64,000 bases of DNA, taken from assembly GCA_052327205.1 (NCBI GenBank), contig CM126211.1:178870001-178934000 (forward strand), given 5' to 3'. The translations under genes were made by a program, and so were the position numbers. The stretch's first letter is position 1. The number at the start of each line of letters is the position of its first letter. The stretch is from Somniosus microcephalus. Lineage: Eukaryota. This document shows positions 11,681 to 22,168 of this stretch, one piece after another. The notes below the pieces were generated by a model. That model did not search any database. It saw nothing but the letters and a program-made list of their open reading frames with translations, and was not told where the DNA came from.

Positions 11681-11889
11681 ACTGGCCGCCCGGAGACGGG
11701 CGGCAGATGTATATATTTATATAGTTTTGGGTAATAAGGTTTAGTTTATTGTAATTTTAGAAAATAAGTAATGTGGTCTTCTGGAAGTATGGTAGCACTT
11801 TGGAGCGGTAGAATGTGGTAAGTTTTAAGTGAGCCAGGGTCGCGGGACCCACTCACCCCGCACCCAAGCCGAGGAGCCCGGCTCGAAAC

Positions 11890-11910
11890 CTTTTTTTATC
11901 TCTCCGCCAG
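11890..11910 (+). promoter_or_regulatory. Putative env splice acceptor
   Basis: Polypyrimidine tract CTTTTTTTATCTCTCCGCCAG ending 11 nt before the env ATG at 11922. Confidence 0.65.
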
Positions 11911-11921
11911 ATCATAACAAG

Positions 11922-14280
11922 ATGATGCCAGTCGGAGGCATCATCCTCGCGGCCCTGGTGGGCCTCAACGTCGCCTGGAGAGGAGAAACGGAGGATCACC
12001 GTATCTTTGGATGCTCCGGGGAAACTGCGCCTCTGGCCCACGACGGGCAGGGCCTGCGCGAAGCAGAGGAAGTCGCTGGGTACACCCACGAGGGCAACTG
12101 GCCCGGATGGCTGGGCTCGAACGCCACGAAATATTCAAGCGAAACTGGCTTCACATACGGGGAGGTCTCTTTGTTGTGTCCTCGGATCAAGATCCAGGCC
12201 ACGCGGATCAGTGTGACTGGGGAAACGTATTTGCCTAAACTGCAGGGGGTACGTCCCCCTGGATAGGCGGTGGTGGCTCAGGAAACTGAGCAGGGACATG
12301 GGGAACCCCAGAGGAAAGTGGGAAAGGTTAGGGAACAACACTCACCGGACTATCACAGGGACCCAGGGAGGGTTGACAGCGTGCTGGGATAAATGGTGGG
12401 AACCCGATCAGGGGATTTATGTGTGTATGTGGGGTTCAGAGAAAGTCTGCCCCACAGGTGTTTCCATCATTTTCCACAGCCAGTGGCAAGATAACGGGAG
12501 GGGGATAGACTGGGAATCGCGCTTGGACGCATGCGCGGTCCCCTACTCCCCAATCGCGGTTAATGCCACTGAGCTAGTGACCCGCCCCCGACAGCCGCTG
12601 CCCACGACCCAGACACCACGGACGGTAGCAGAGGGATGCCCCACCACCACCAAGGGACCAGGGAACGGGTTAGTATTAGTTCCCACTGACCAAATGGCCT
12701 ATCAGGGGGTCCATTACGCGGTGGCCTCGGTCATCCTCAACTTGACCGAGGTGCACCTGCCGGAATGGTGCCCCGTAGAAATGGCAAGGCTGTATCAGGC
12801 CCTGCTGAAAGAGACCCTGCAGAAGTTTTACAAGTTTGACTTCGCGGGGGTCAATAGAACCGAACTCTACACCGAGGGCCACAAGGAATGGGAGCAATTG
12901 GGGAGACAAAGAAGGGGCGCCGTGAACGACTGGTTCACAGGGTTTAACACTGGGTCATCCATCATAAATAGTATGGATGACATCGAATTGCAACGGCAGG
13001 TTAACGGGTTAAAGACCCAGTTGAGGGGGATCCTCACGGACGAAAATCGGGTGGTGGGTTCAGAGCTCCATGAGGACCAGTCTATGACTCTCCATTTAAA
13101 AGAAATCATAGCAGAGCTGGAGAAGCAGGCTCGGACGGTCAACGCTCTCATTAGGGAGGACAGGAACGCCTCAGATCAGGCTGCCCAGAATGAGGTGTGC
13201 GTACTATACGGAGCATGGTTGCTGGGCGAGGGCCGCAGCAATCTGGAGGACTTAAAACAGGGTTTGATCCCCTCCTGGATCAGTAACAAACACCTCGCAG
13301 CCCTCCACCCCTTTGAGAACGCGTTGAGTCCGTGCCAGCTCCGGCTCGCTTCTGAGGCCTACCCAGTCCCGGTGGACTGTGGTCGCTCCAACCACACCAT
13401 CATGGGGGTCGTCGTGCGGATCCCAGTAGTGAGTAGGGCGGCCCGACCTGCGCCGGTGTATAGGGTGGTGAACATTGGAGTCATTCGGGGGGGGAGCACA
13501 CGTCCGTTTCGCAGAGGTCCCACCCTACGTCATTAAGTGGGAGTATGCTATGACGGGGACTGACCTCTCAGGGTGCCGTAGCCAGGGAGCACACATAATC
13601 CTGTGTCCCCAGCACTTAAATGTCTATTCAACACCACAGTGCGGGTTCAGTTCTGCTGACGCTAAGCCTATCAATTGCACCATGGAAGCCATGGCACAGG
13701 ACCATGTTCCCCCACAGGTGGCATACATAGGAGGTGGGACATATTGTGTCACCACCGCAGCGTCTCACTACCGGCACGGACAGCACGGCTGGTGCGCGGT
13801 CAGTGAAAGCAGCTTCTGTTTCAAACCCGAGGCAGTAGTTCAAGTGGCACAGCTGCGGATTATCCCGATCCCTGAACCATCCACTGTTCACCTCACTGTC
13901 AAGGAGAACTTCATCGATCTCCAGAAGTACGTGGCCCACTTTGGTTTCACAATTCCCCCTCTCCCAGAACATTTAACCGAACTGCTGAAAGCAGTTACTG
14001 TCTCTCAGAAGCACTTCTTTACTTTAGAGCAGAAAACCACCGACATAGGGGCAAAAAAATCCAAGACATAGTGGTTCCACCATGGTGGGACCTTTTTGAT
14101 AATATAGAGATCCCATCATGGGTCAGACTGGCTTCCCACGTCTTAGTGGTGTGCCAGGTAGGGATCGTTCTGTACCTGGTCTGTGTCCAGTGTAGGAGGA
14201 AGGGACATGACAGGGAGTTCCCTAGTCAGCGGAATTGGCGGGGCCACCATGTCAGCATAAACGGGGACTCGCCCGTGTAG
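11922..14280 (+). pseudogene. env: Env: class I fusion glycoprotein resembling Mononegavirales F, with a putative N-terminal Ig-like domain
   Basis: Signal peptide MMPVGGIILAALVGLNVAW; furin site RQRR (12904-12915); heptad repeat; Cys-rich F1-like region; PPWWDLF membrane-proximal segment; TM (LASHVLVVCQVGIVLYLVCV) followed by RRK. Three frameshifts near 12215, 13490 and 14055. Confidence 0.85.
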
Positions 14281-14553
14281 CTAAATGTTTTTATTCCATC
14301 TGTTTTTGGTGTATTATAACAAAGATTGTGTTGCGTCGGGTTATGACTCTAAGGTGAGTCTGTACATAGCATAAATGTTTCTCCGGTAGGGGATATCTAC
14401 TCAACTCCGTTTTCGGGATGAGGAAAGTGCGTGTGCGAGGTACACTCCATAGTCAGGTAAACTACAGGGAAGGTCGGGGGGGGGGGGGGACGGATTTATG
14501 CTCACCCTAAAACATTCATGATACAAAAGACGATTTGAGATGTCCATTGTATC

Positions 14554-14564
14554 ACAGGGGGGAC
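14554..14564 (+). promoter_or_regulatory. Polypurine tract
   Basis: ACAGGGGGGAC immediately precedes the TGTAGG start of the 3' LTR. Confidence 0.8.
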
Positions 14565-15730
14565 TGTAGGATTCGCAGAAATCCAGGAAAATAGTCTACA
14601 TTGTAAAACCCCTGAAATGGCCACATTTTATGAACACAAGATGGAGTTGGCAGATCACATGACTCATTTCAGAAGGACATACCACTGCAGTATCTTAAAG
14701 AAACCTGAGTCACCACCAATTAGAAGATTCCAGAACTGACTGCAATTGATATGGTAAAATGGTTACAGTAGTAATGAAGTCAAAACAAAAGTATTTACAC
14801 CTCAAGGTGTGTTAACTGCTAGCAAAACGCAAACCCATCTCTGAAATCGCAGAGCACAGTCAAAACCTATTATCTGTACCAAACTCAGAGGGACACAGGA
14901 CAGATCCCATTAGTTTCATTTACAAGACATTAAAATAAAGTACCCGTTTTTGTCAAAGCCGCCTGCCCATTACTTTAACAAAAGAAAGCCCCTGATTTGG
15001 CGCCAAGATAAGGGCAAGAAAACAGTATAACTGTTGGGGGGAAAGAGACATTAAAAACAACACAGTTTCACACAGACACGAGGTCAAAGGCAGAGCGAGT
15101 GGAGAGGTTCGATTACGGTTCGAGGAGCACGGAGGGCCTACAAGTTCGAGCAGGTTCAGGAGCCGGTCCCATAAGGAAGATTGGAGGTCCCGGACAATGC
15201 AGGAGCACCAAGGTCAAGGACAGTTTTAAAAACCCTGGTGAGCATAGAGGCCCAACTCCACCTAGCTGATCTAGTTGAGGTATACTGTAGAGACGGGAGG
15301 GTTTTTAATATTAAGGGCTTTGTAATTCGGGAGTGTTATTCATCCTTCGTTGTGCCGTGCACTTTCTCCACCCCCGTTTTATTATATCGCTGACCTAGAA
15401 TTGATGTATTATGATAGTCAAAGTAACTCTTGTGTGTTAAATTTTAGTTCCCATTAAGAGGCGTGTTCATGATTTTTGTCTGCATTGTTTCTTCATTCTC
15501 TATGTTTTATTCTCCTTAAAAATAAAGATACCTTTGATTTAAAACTTACCTTGTCTCACCTGATCCATTTGTCTTCCGAGTCACAAGTTGGGCCAACACA
15601 TCAAGGTGATCTGGCAATAAGCCCAGTGTCTAGAACCGGTGAGGGGGGAGCGCTTCGGAACCGCTCACGAGCAGTGTGAAATCAAAAACCGATCTCGCAC
15701 ACCACAAGCTCGTTAAAACGACCCCTTACA
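14565..15730 (+). repeat. 3' LTR (1166 bp)
   Basis: Direct repeat of 5139-6314; I count about 21 substitutions plus 2-bp and 8-bp indels by eye. Confidence 0.95.
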
Positions 15731-15944
15731 CAAGCCCCAAGTTGGTGCAATCGGCACTGTATTTTGTAAACAGTTTTCCCACAGCAGAGTGCCAAATATA
15801 ACAAATCTGACCTTTTCTGTGATGCTCTGTGCTATGGGAAATGAGGTTGTCCATAGACGTGAGATTGCAATTGTCAGATGGTAAAATCTCTTCCACAGAA
15901 ACTGAGACCCAGCAGGGATTTGTATCAATGGCGTCTTCCTTCAG

Positions 15945-16290
15945 GATAGCATGAAATCAAGCACACTAAAACTTCACTTGGAGACCAAACATCCTGCCCT
16001 CAAAGATAAACCACAAGAATGATTTCAAACAAAAGCACTTTCAATTGATGAAGGTGATCAAAGAAGCCTGGTGGCTGTCTTATGAGAAGGTTTTGGCAAG
16101 AATCTGCAAACTCAGGGAGGAGTGCTGCATGTTTTTGATCGACTCTGAATCACCACTTCACCATCATTTCTTCAACCAGCCTTCAAGGTTTTACTGGACT
16201 ATTTAGCAATCAATCTCCATCAATTAATCTACAACAAAACAAGATATGAGGTGAGGAAAACCCAAGTGGTGGAAAGCTTTGGGAACCATA
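15945..16290 (+). mobile_element. Degenerate hAT (Buster/ZBED5-like) transposase remnant
   Basis: Translates to MKSSTLKLHLETKHPALKDKPQE and WLSYEKVLARICKLREE, both recognisable Buster-type motifs; ends in a TIR-like AAAGCTTTGGGAACCA. Confidence 0.6.
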
Positions 16291-16339
16291 GGTCCAAAGT
16301 CACCTATTCCTCCCAAACATGCTAACTTACCAAGTCATG

Positions 16340-17835
16340 TTTCAAATTACTTTTACACTGTGACTCAAAATATTATCTTGTGGAAGAAATCTATCTAATT
16401 TGCATTTGAATGCATCAATACTATCTGCTATTTGCTTCCACCATCTCCCTCGGGAGCCTGTTCCATAGATTTTATAATTTAATAACTTTAAATCTGGGAT
16501 ATGGGGCAAAGGCAGGTATGTGGAGTTAGGTCGCAGATCAGCCATGATCTCATTGAATGGCAGAACAGCCTCGAGGGGCTAAATGGCCTACTCCTGTTCC
16601 TATGTAGATTAACCACTCACTCACTGAAATAATGTTTCCACAGATTCATTTTGAATTTACCCCCCCTTCAACGCAGGCCGTGTTCTCTGTTTATACTGTT
16701 TCGGACAAGGTGAAATAGCTTGTCATGGTCTACATTATGGAGTCCACTTAAAATTCTAAAAATAGCAATCAGATCACCTCTCATCTTTCTCTTTTCCAGT
16801 GACAAATTGCCCAATTTACATAATCGCTCCTCATAATCCAATCCCTCCATTCCCTCACTCATTCTGGTTGCTTTTTTCTTTATCCTTTCAATAGCTGCAA
16901 CATCCTCTTTGTACTGTGGTGACTAGAATTGAACACAGTAGTCATAGTCATACACCAGCCCTTTGATTAGAATTTAGAGTAATTGAAAAGGAGAAGGCTG
17001 TGCAAGGTTGGCTTCTTGATTTGCAGCCGTGCAATCAGATTCACAAAAGGGAGAATGTTCAAAGTAAACTAGTCGCAGCAGCAGTGAACGGCAATAAAAA
17101 AAACACCCATTACAAGTGTTTTGCCACTAACACACATCACTGAAATGAAACAGCACAGATTAACCCTTAAGAGTACTGAATGTCTTTTGGAACCTGCACA
17201 TTTGTTAACTGCCAAAAATGAATTGTTGCACCAATGATTTATAAAATAGCAGGATACCCTCACTGTTTCTGCTCAATATTTACCTTTTAATACATAACAA
17301 CCTCTGATTTATTCACTGCCACTGAGTATTGTTGCAATAGCTTCAATTTATTGTCAATAAGGACCCCCAGGTTTCTTTTATTTTCAATCCACATTATTTT
17401 CTTTCCATTTAAGTTGGTTACAACTGTCAGATGCCTTACTGAAATCCAAGTGCACCACATCCGCTGTCTTACCCCTAGCAAGTTCCTTTGTCATACCCTC
17501 AAAGAAAACCAGTAAGTTAGATTGGCAAAACCTCCCCTTCATCAACCTTATTGTCTATATTTTATGATTTTATTTCTATCCAGATGCTACATGATCTTAT
17601 CTTTAATAAGGGTCTCTATAATATTCCCCACAATGGACGTCAAACTCACTGGTTTGTAGCTTCCTGCGTCACTTTTGCTACCTATTTCAAAAATAGGAGT
17701 AACGTCTGCCTTTCTCCAGTCCCCAGGCACCCCTCCAGTATTCACTGCTTTCTGGAAGATTTGTGCCAGAGTTCCTGCAATGTCTGCCCTTATTTCCATA
17801 AGGACGCTCGGATGCATTTTATCCAGCCGAGATTT
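16340..17835 (-). mobile_element. Fragmented older CR1 LINE, with a short plus-strand CR1 tail inserted at ~16490-16605
   Basis: Minus-strand WRKADVTPIF..YKPVSLTSIVG, YEERLCKLG..LEKRKMRGDLI and SIDAFKCKLDRFL motifs. Confidence 0.8.
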
Positions 17836-19309
17836 ATTTACATGACAGTGCTTTCAAGAAATGGAAGTTGACACACTAAATAAAATCATTTCACACCTGC
17901 TTGCTCTCCCACCACTCACTCACAAACTCCCTCACTGTCAAAGACTTCTGCCTCTTGCCTTCCTGACAGAATTCTACATTAGTCTGCCATCATCAAACGC
18001 CTGACATCATGGTTATCAGAACAAGGGTGATCGTTCTCATTGATGAGGCTCCAGCAGTCATCCTCCATACCATGTCAGCATATTTCCATTCAGTTTGCTA
18101 CAGGATCGCCTAGCAGCCTTTCCATCCTGAGGATGGGTATCTCCTTCGAGGGTTCCTTCCAAAGCGTTTTACTTAGTCATATATAACATCGGACAATACA
18201 TGATATGTACCAAGTTTCAGTGAAAAAATATAATCAGATGTGTTACCTACTTCAACCGTTCACTTTTTTTATAAGCCTACTTGCAGTTCATATTTTAAAA
18301 TGATAAACTGGAATAGTTGCTTTAACACTTTATGCAATTTACTACATTCAAAGGCAATTTTTGCATTGATATAACTGCTTTGGATAAAAATGATTAAGGT
18401 ATTGGAAGTTCGTCTAATTTTTCATCTGTATTAAATCATATGCTTGTTTTATAGGCCATTGATTCTTTTTCCACTTTATGGCAATACGATGTTCAATTGT
18501 CCATTTTTTTACCATTGTCATGATGGGTTTTCAAGGACACATCCAGTATTAGTTGCACTTGAGTCCCAAGTGGCAAACAATCTGAGGTGTTTATGTAAGT
18601 GCTGTTCAGAGTCTGGACAAGTCAGACAGTTCCTACTGACAGAAGTCAGCTTTTGGGGCTAATTTGGCCTCAATTTGCCTGTGTAAATTGAGCTCCCAGT
18701 GTAGAAGCACTTTGCATTTTGCTTTTTTGTTCTTAAATCTCAAATTACCTCAGTGTTTACCATGCTGAACAAAAATAAAATGATGTGGTCATTCAATTTG
18801 CTGCTCTCTGGAGAACTTATTCAGCTTTCCGTGATAATGAACTAATGGTAAGAGAAATGGCAAATGCAAATTGGTGTTCCAGAAGATGTGCTCTTCACCA
18901 TTCACTAATAGACCTGAACAGTTTTTTCCCATTTATTATCATGACTTCATTCACTTTATTAGTCAAGAGAAATAAGTCATCACAATAATACTTACTATAG
19001 GTAGTATTGCACTTGACACTTTCACTGTGCTCTTGTTATATTGTGCAATTACAGAATTCTCTACCTATGTGTACATGTCAAACTCCCACTCTGAGTGTCC
19101 TACTCCCACCTTTGTGCCTACACTTAGTCCTGCATCGCAATTATTATGATTCATTGGGATTCTAAGAATAAACTGCAGTATCAATGATAATTACCTGGGG
19201 CAGTTATTCATACGGGAAGAATGAATCACAAAACCCTGCACCATTTGGTTAGGTGCACAAATATGCAATTGTTACCTAAGTTGTCATTTTAAAAGCAGCC
19301 AACTCTCAA

Positions 19310-20010
19310 GAACATAATAATATCAGGAGAAGAGGTTTAAGGAACAGGAAAGGCAGTAGGCCCAAAAAAGCCCATTTCCTTTCTCATAGATCACCCCCAC
19401 CTATCTACCTTCCCTTCATTTCCTTCAATCTTTTTTCTCTCCAGAAACACACTCATTTGTCTCTTTAATCCATTTATATTGTCTGTTTCAATGACCTTCC
19501 CTGGTAACTTTTTCTACAACTCTATTATCCTTTGGGTGAGAAAATCTTATTTTCCCTACTAGGCACCAACTTTCTCATTTTTAACTTCTGTCCCTTGGTA
19601 TTTGAATCCTTCAGTAAACAATTTGCCTAAAAAAATGCCAATTCCATTTATACAGTCCACGCCTATTAATTCAAAGCTTTTTTATTTGAAACCCCTCCCC
19701 CCCAGAATTATCCAATAAAAGAATAAAGAAATTTTAATAAGACATAAAAGCAAAGGAGTTTCTTTTTGCATGATTCCAAATTGAATTAATAGATAATTCA
19801 AATTAAGCAACTTCAAGTTAAGTGTAGACTGTAATTTTGTAAACTTCAAATCGATCATCATGTCAAAGTCTCGGAAAAGAAGCTATTATCTATTACTCTG
19901 AACTTAATTCTTGACACCTGAGATCATCCTTTTTGCTCAGCTCTCTGCCCTCTGGAGGTCGGCACTATGCTTCCTGTGACGTGGTGACTAGAACTGCACA
20001 TAGTATTCTA
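19310..20010 (-). mobile_element. Highly decayed CR1 3' fragment
   Basis: Residual GTGGTGACTAGAACTGCACATAGTATTC (reverse of EYCVQFWSP) and CR1-like tail sequence. Confidence 0.45.
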
Positions 20011-21033
20011 GTTAGGGTCAAAGCAATGTCTTATACAGCAACAATACAACCTGTGAATTCATTTCTACTGTATCTCATTCAAGTGTGTTGCACGGTTTAT
20101 TATCGATGGTTTTGGACATCTTTTGTCATAAAATAGAGCATGTCCCTGAAATATTGCCTAGTTGTGGAACTCACCCACAGATCATTTACTATCTAGACTA
20201 CACATGTATTTTCCTGAGGGAAACCTTAAAAATTTCACTCTGAACTCAAAAGGTAATAATATGAAACTTCTGCAAATCTATTTAGCCATCCATCTATCTT
20301 ACAGGTCCATTTTTCATATCTGACCAGTTGCTTTTTGCAGATGCCATTTCCATGGTCTCAGCATGTTGTGTCCCCTGGAGAATGGAAGGTAAAATGAAAG
20401 AGAGCAGTTGTCATTGAAGCACCTCTTCTAACAGCCAGTTCAAAAGCAGAACTGATAAGAGATCTCAGAGTAAATTAGCTGGATAGCTCTTCTGCCAGAG
20501 TACTAAATGTGGCATTCGTCTGTATGAATGTAGTACAGTATTCCTAATTGCATTCTGATGGGTTTTTACTAACTATATGGAATTACATGGTCAGCAAGGT
20601 CCAATCAGATCCAAGAATCAATGTGGTTGAGGCTGTACATTGGGCTCTGTTCCCTCCTCTACCTCTTGGGCACCTAGAGGAGCAGAAAAATACCATATTT
20701 TACAATGTTTACAGTAAAGTCACCGCTTGACACAGAGTTCACATTGTACATTGTAGATTGTTAGTGCTACAGTAACTGCCTGTGGGTGAAGGGACTGAAA
20801 GAAAAGCAAAGGAAGATACCAGCCATGAGCTTGGAGGAGGACATTAGTCTGCTTCCTCACTGTTGTCTCCCAGAGTTGGTGAGTATTTCTCTCTTTTTTT
20901 AAAACTTTAACTCTGGTTTATAGTTTCTAAGGTCTCTCTAGTGTAGCAGGGACTGTTGGTAAATCAGTTAACTGTAGTGTAATTAGTGGGATTGATTGAT
21001 TTAATTTAAATTCAATTAATTAAAGGGTAAGTC

Positions 21034-21982
21034 ATGGCAGGACAGCCGGGCCCCGTGATCTGCTCCTCCTGCGATATGTGGGAACTCAGGGACACTTCCT
21101 GTGTCCCTGACAACTACGTGTGCAGGAAGTGCATCCAGCTGCAGCTACTGACAGACCGCATTGCGGCACTGGAGCTGCGACTGGATACATACTGGAGCAT
21201 TCACGATGCTCAGGACATCGTGAATAGCACATTTATGGAGTTGGACACACCGCAGGTAGAGGTTGGACAGGAAGAAAGGGAACGGGTGACCAACAGGCAG
21301 AGTACTAGGCGCAGGCAGGTAGTGCAGGGGTCCCCTGTGGCCATCCCCCTCTCCAACAGATACACCACTTTGAGTACTGTTGGGGGGGATGGCTTATCAG
21401 AGGAAGGCAGCAGCAGCCAACTTCCTGGCACCAGGGGTGGCTCTGCTGCACAGAATGTGAGGGAAAAAAAAGGTAGAGCTATAGTAATAGGGGATTCAAT
21501 TGTAAGGGGAATAGATAGGCGTTTCTGTGGCTGCAAACGAGACTCCAGGATGGTGTGTTGCCTCCCTGGTGCAAGGGTCAAGGATGTCTCCGAGCAGCTG
21601 CAGAACATCTTGGAAGGGGAGGGTGAACAGCCAGTTGTCGTGGTGCATATAGGCACCAACGATATAGGTAAAAAGCGGGATGAGGTCCTAAAAGCGGAAT
21701 ATAGGGAGTTAGGAGATAAATTAAAAAACAGGACCTCAAAAGGTAGTAATCTCAGGAATGCTACCAGTGCCAAGTGCTAGTCAGAGTAGAAATAGAAGGA
21801 TACTTCAGATGAATAGGTGGCTAGAGGAATGGTGCCAGGGGGAGGGATTCAAGTTCCTGGGACATTGGAACCGGTTCTGGGGGAGGTGGGACCAGTTCAA
21901 ACCGGACGGTTTGCACCTGGGCAGGGCTGGAACTGATGTCCTAGGGGGAGTGTTTGCTAGTGCGGGGGAGGGTTTAAACTAA
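21034..21982 (+). pseudogene. CR1 ORF1p: Cys-rich zinc finger, coiled coil, SGNH esterase domain (one frameshift near 21740)
   Basis: CSSCDMW..YVCRKC, RIAALELRL, IVIGDSIVRG, LPGARVKDV, VHIGTNDI, DGLHL. Confidence 0.88.
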
Positions 21983-22168
21983 AATGGCAGGGGGTTGGGA
22001 ACCTGAGCAGGGAGACAGAGGAAAGGGAAACAAGGATAAAAGCAAAAGATAGGAAGGAGAAAAACAAAAGTGGCAGTCAGAGAAATCAACGGTTTAAATC
22101 AAACATGGCCACAGTAAATAATAATTCTAATAGGTCTAAGAGCGTTAAAAAAAACAAGCCTGAAGGCT

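Larger units (their letters stand above)
5139..15730 (+). mobile_element. Env-containing endogenous LTR retroelement/retrovirus, lokiretrovirus-like, defective
   Basis: Paired TG..CA LTRs, 4-bp TSD CAAG (5135-5138 and 15731-15734), PBS, PPT, gag-pro-RT-RNaseH-IN order plus a third ORF encoding a signal-peptide/furin/heptad/TM glycoprotein. Confidence 0.92.

Noticed and set aside
7126-13972. Numerous antisense ORFs within the provirus
   Set aside because: All are short and expected on the reverse strand of GC-rich coding sequence; no motif support.
11922-14280. Domesticated syncytin-like env gene
   Set aside because: Env has three frameshifts and sits in a young provirus with both LTRs; there is no sign of selective preservation unless the indels prove to be sequencing errors.
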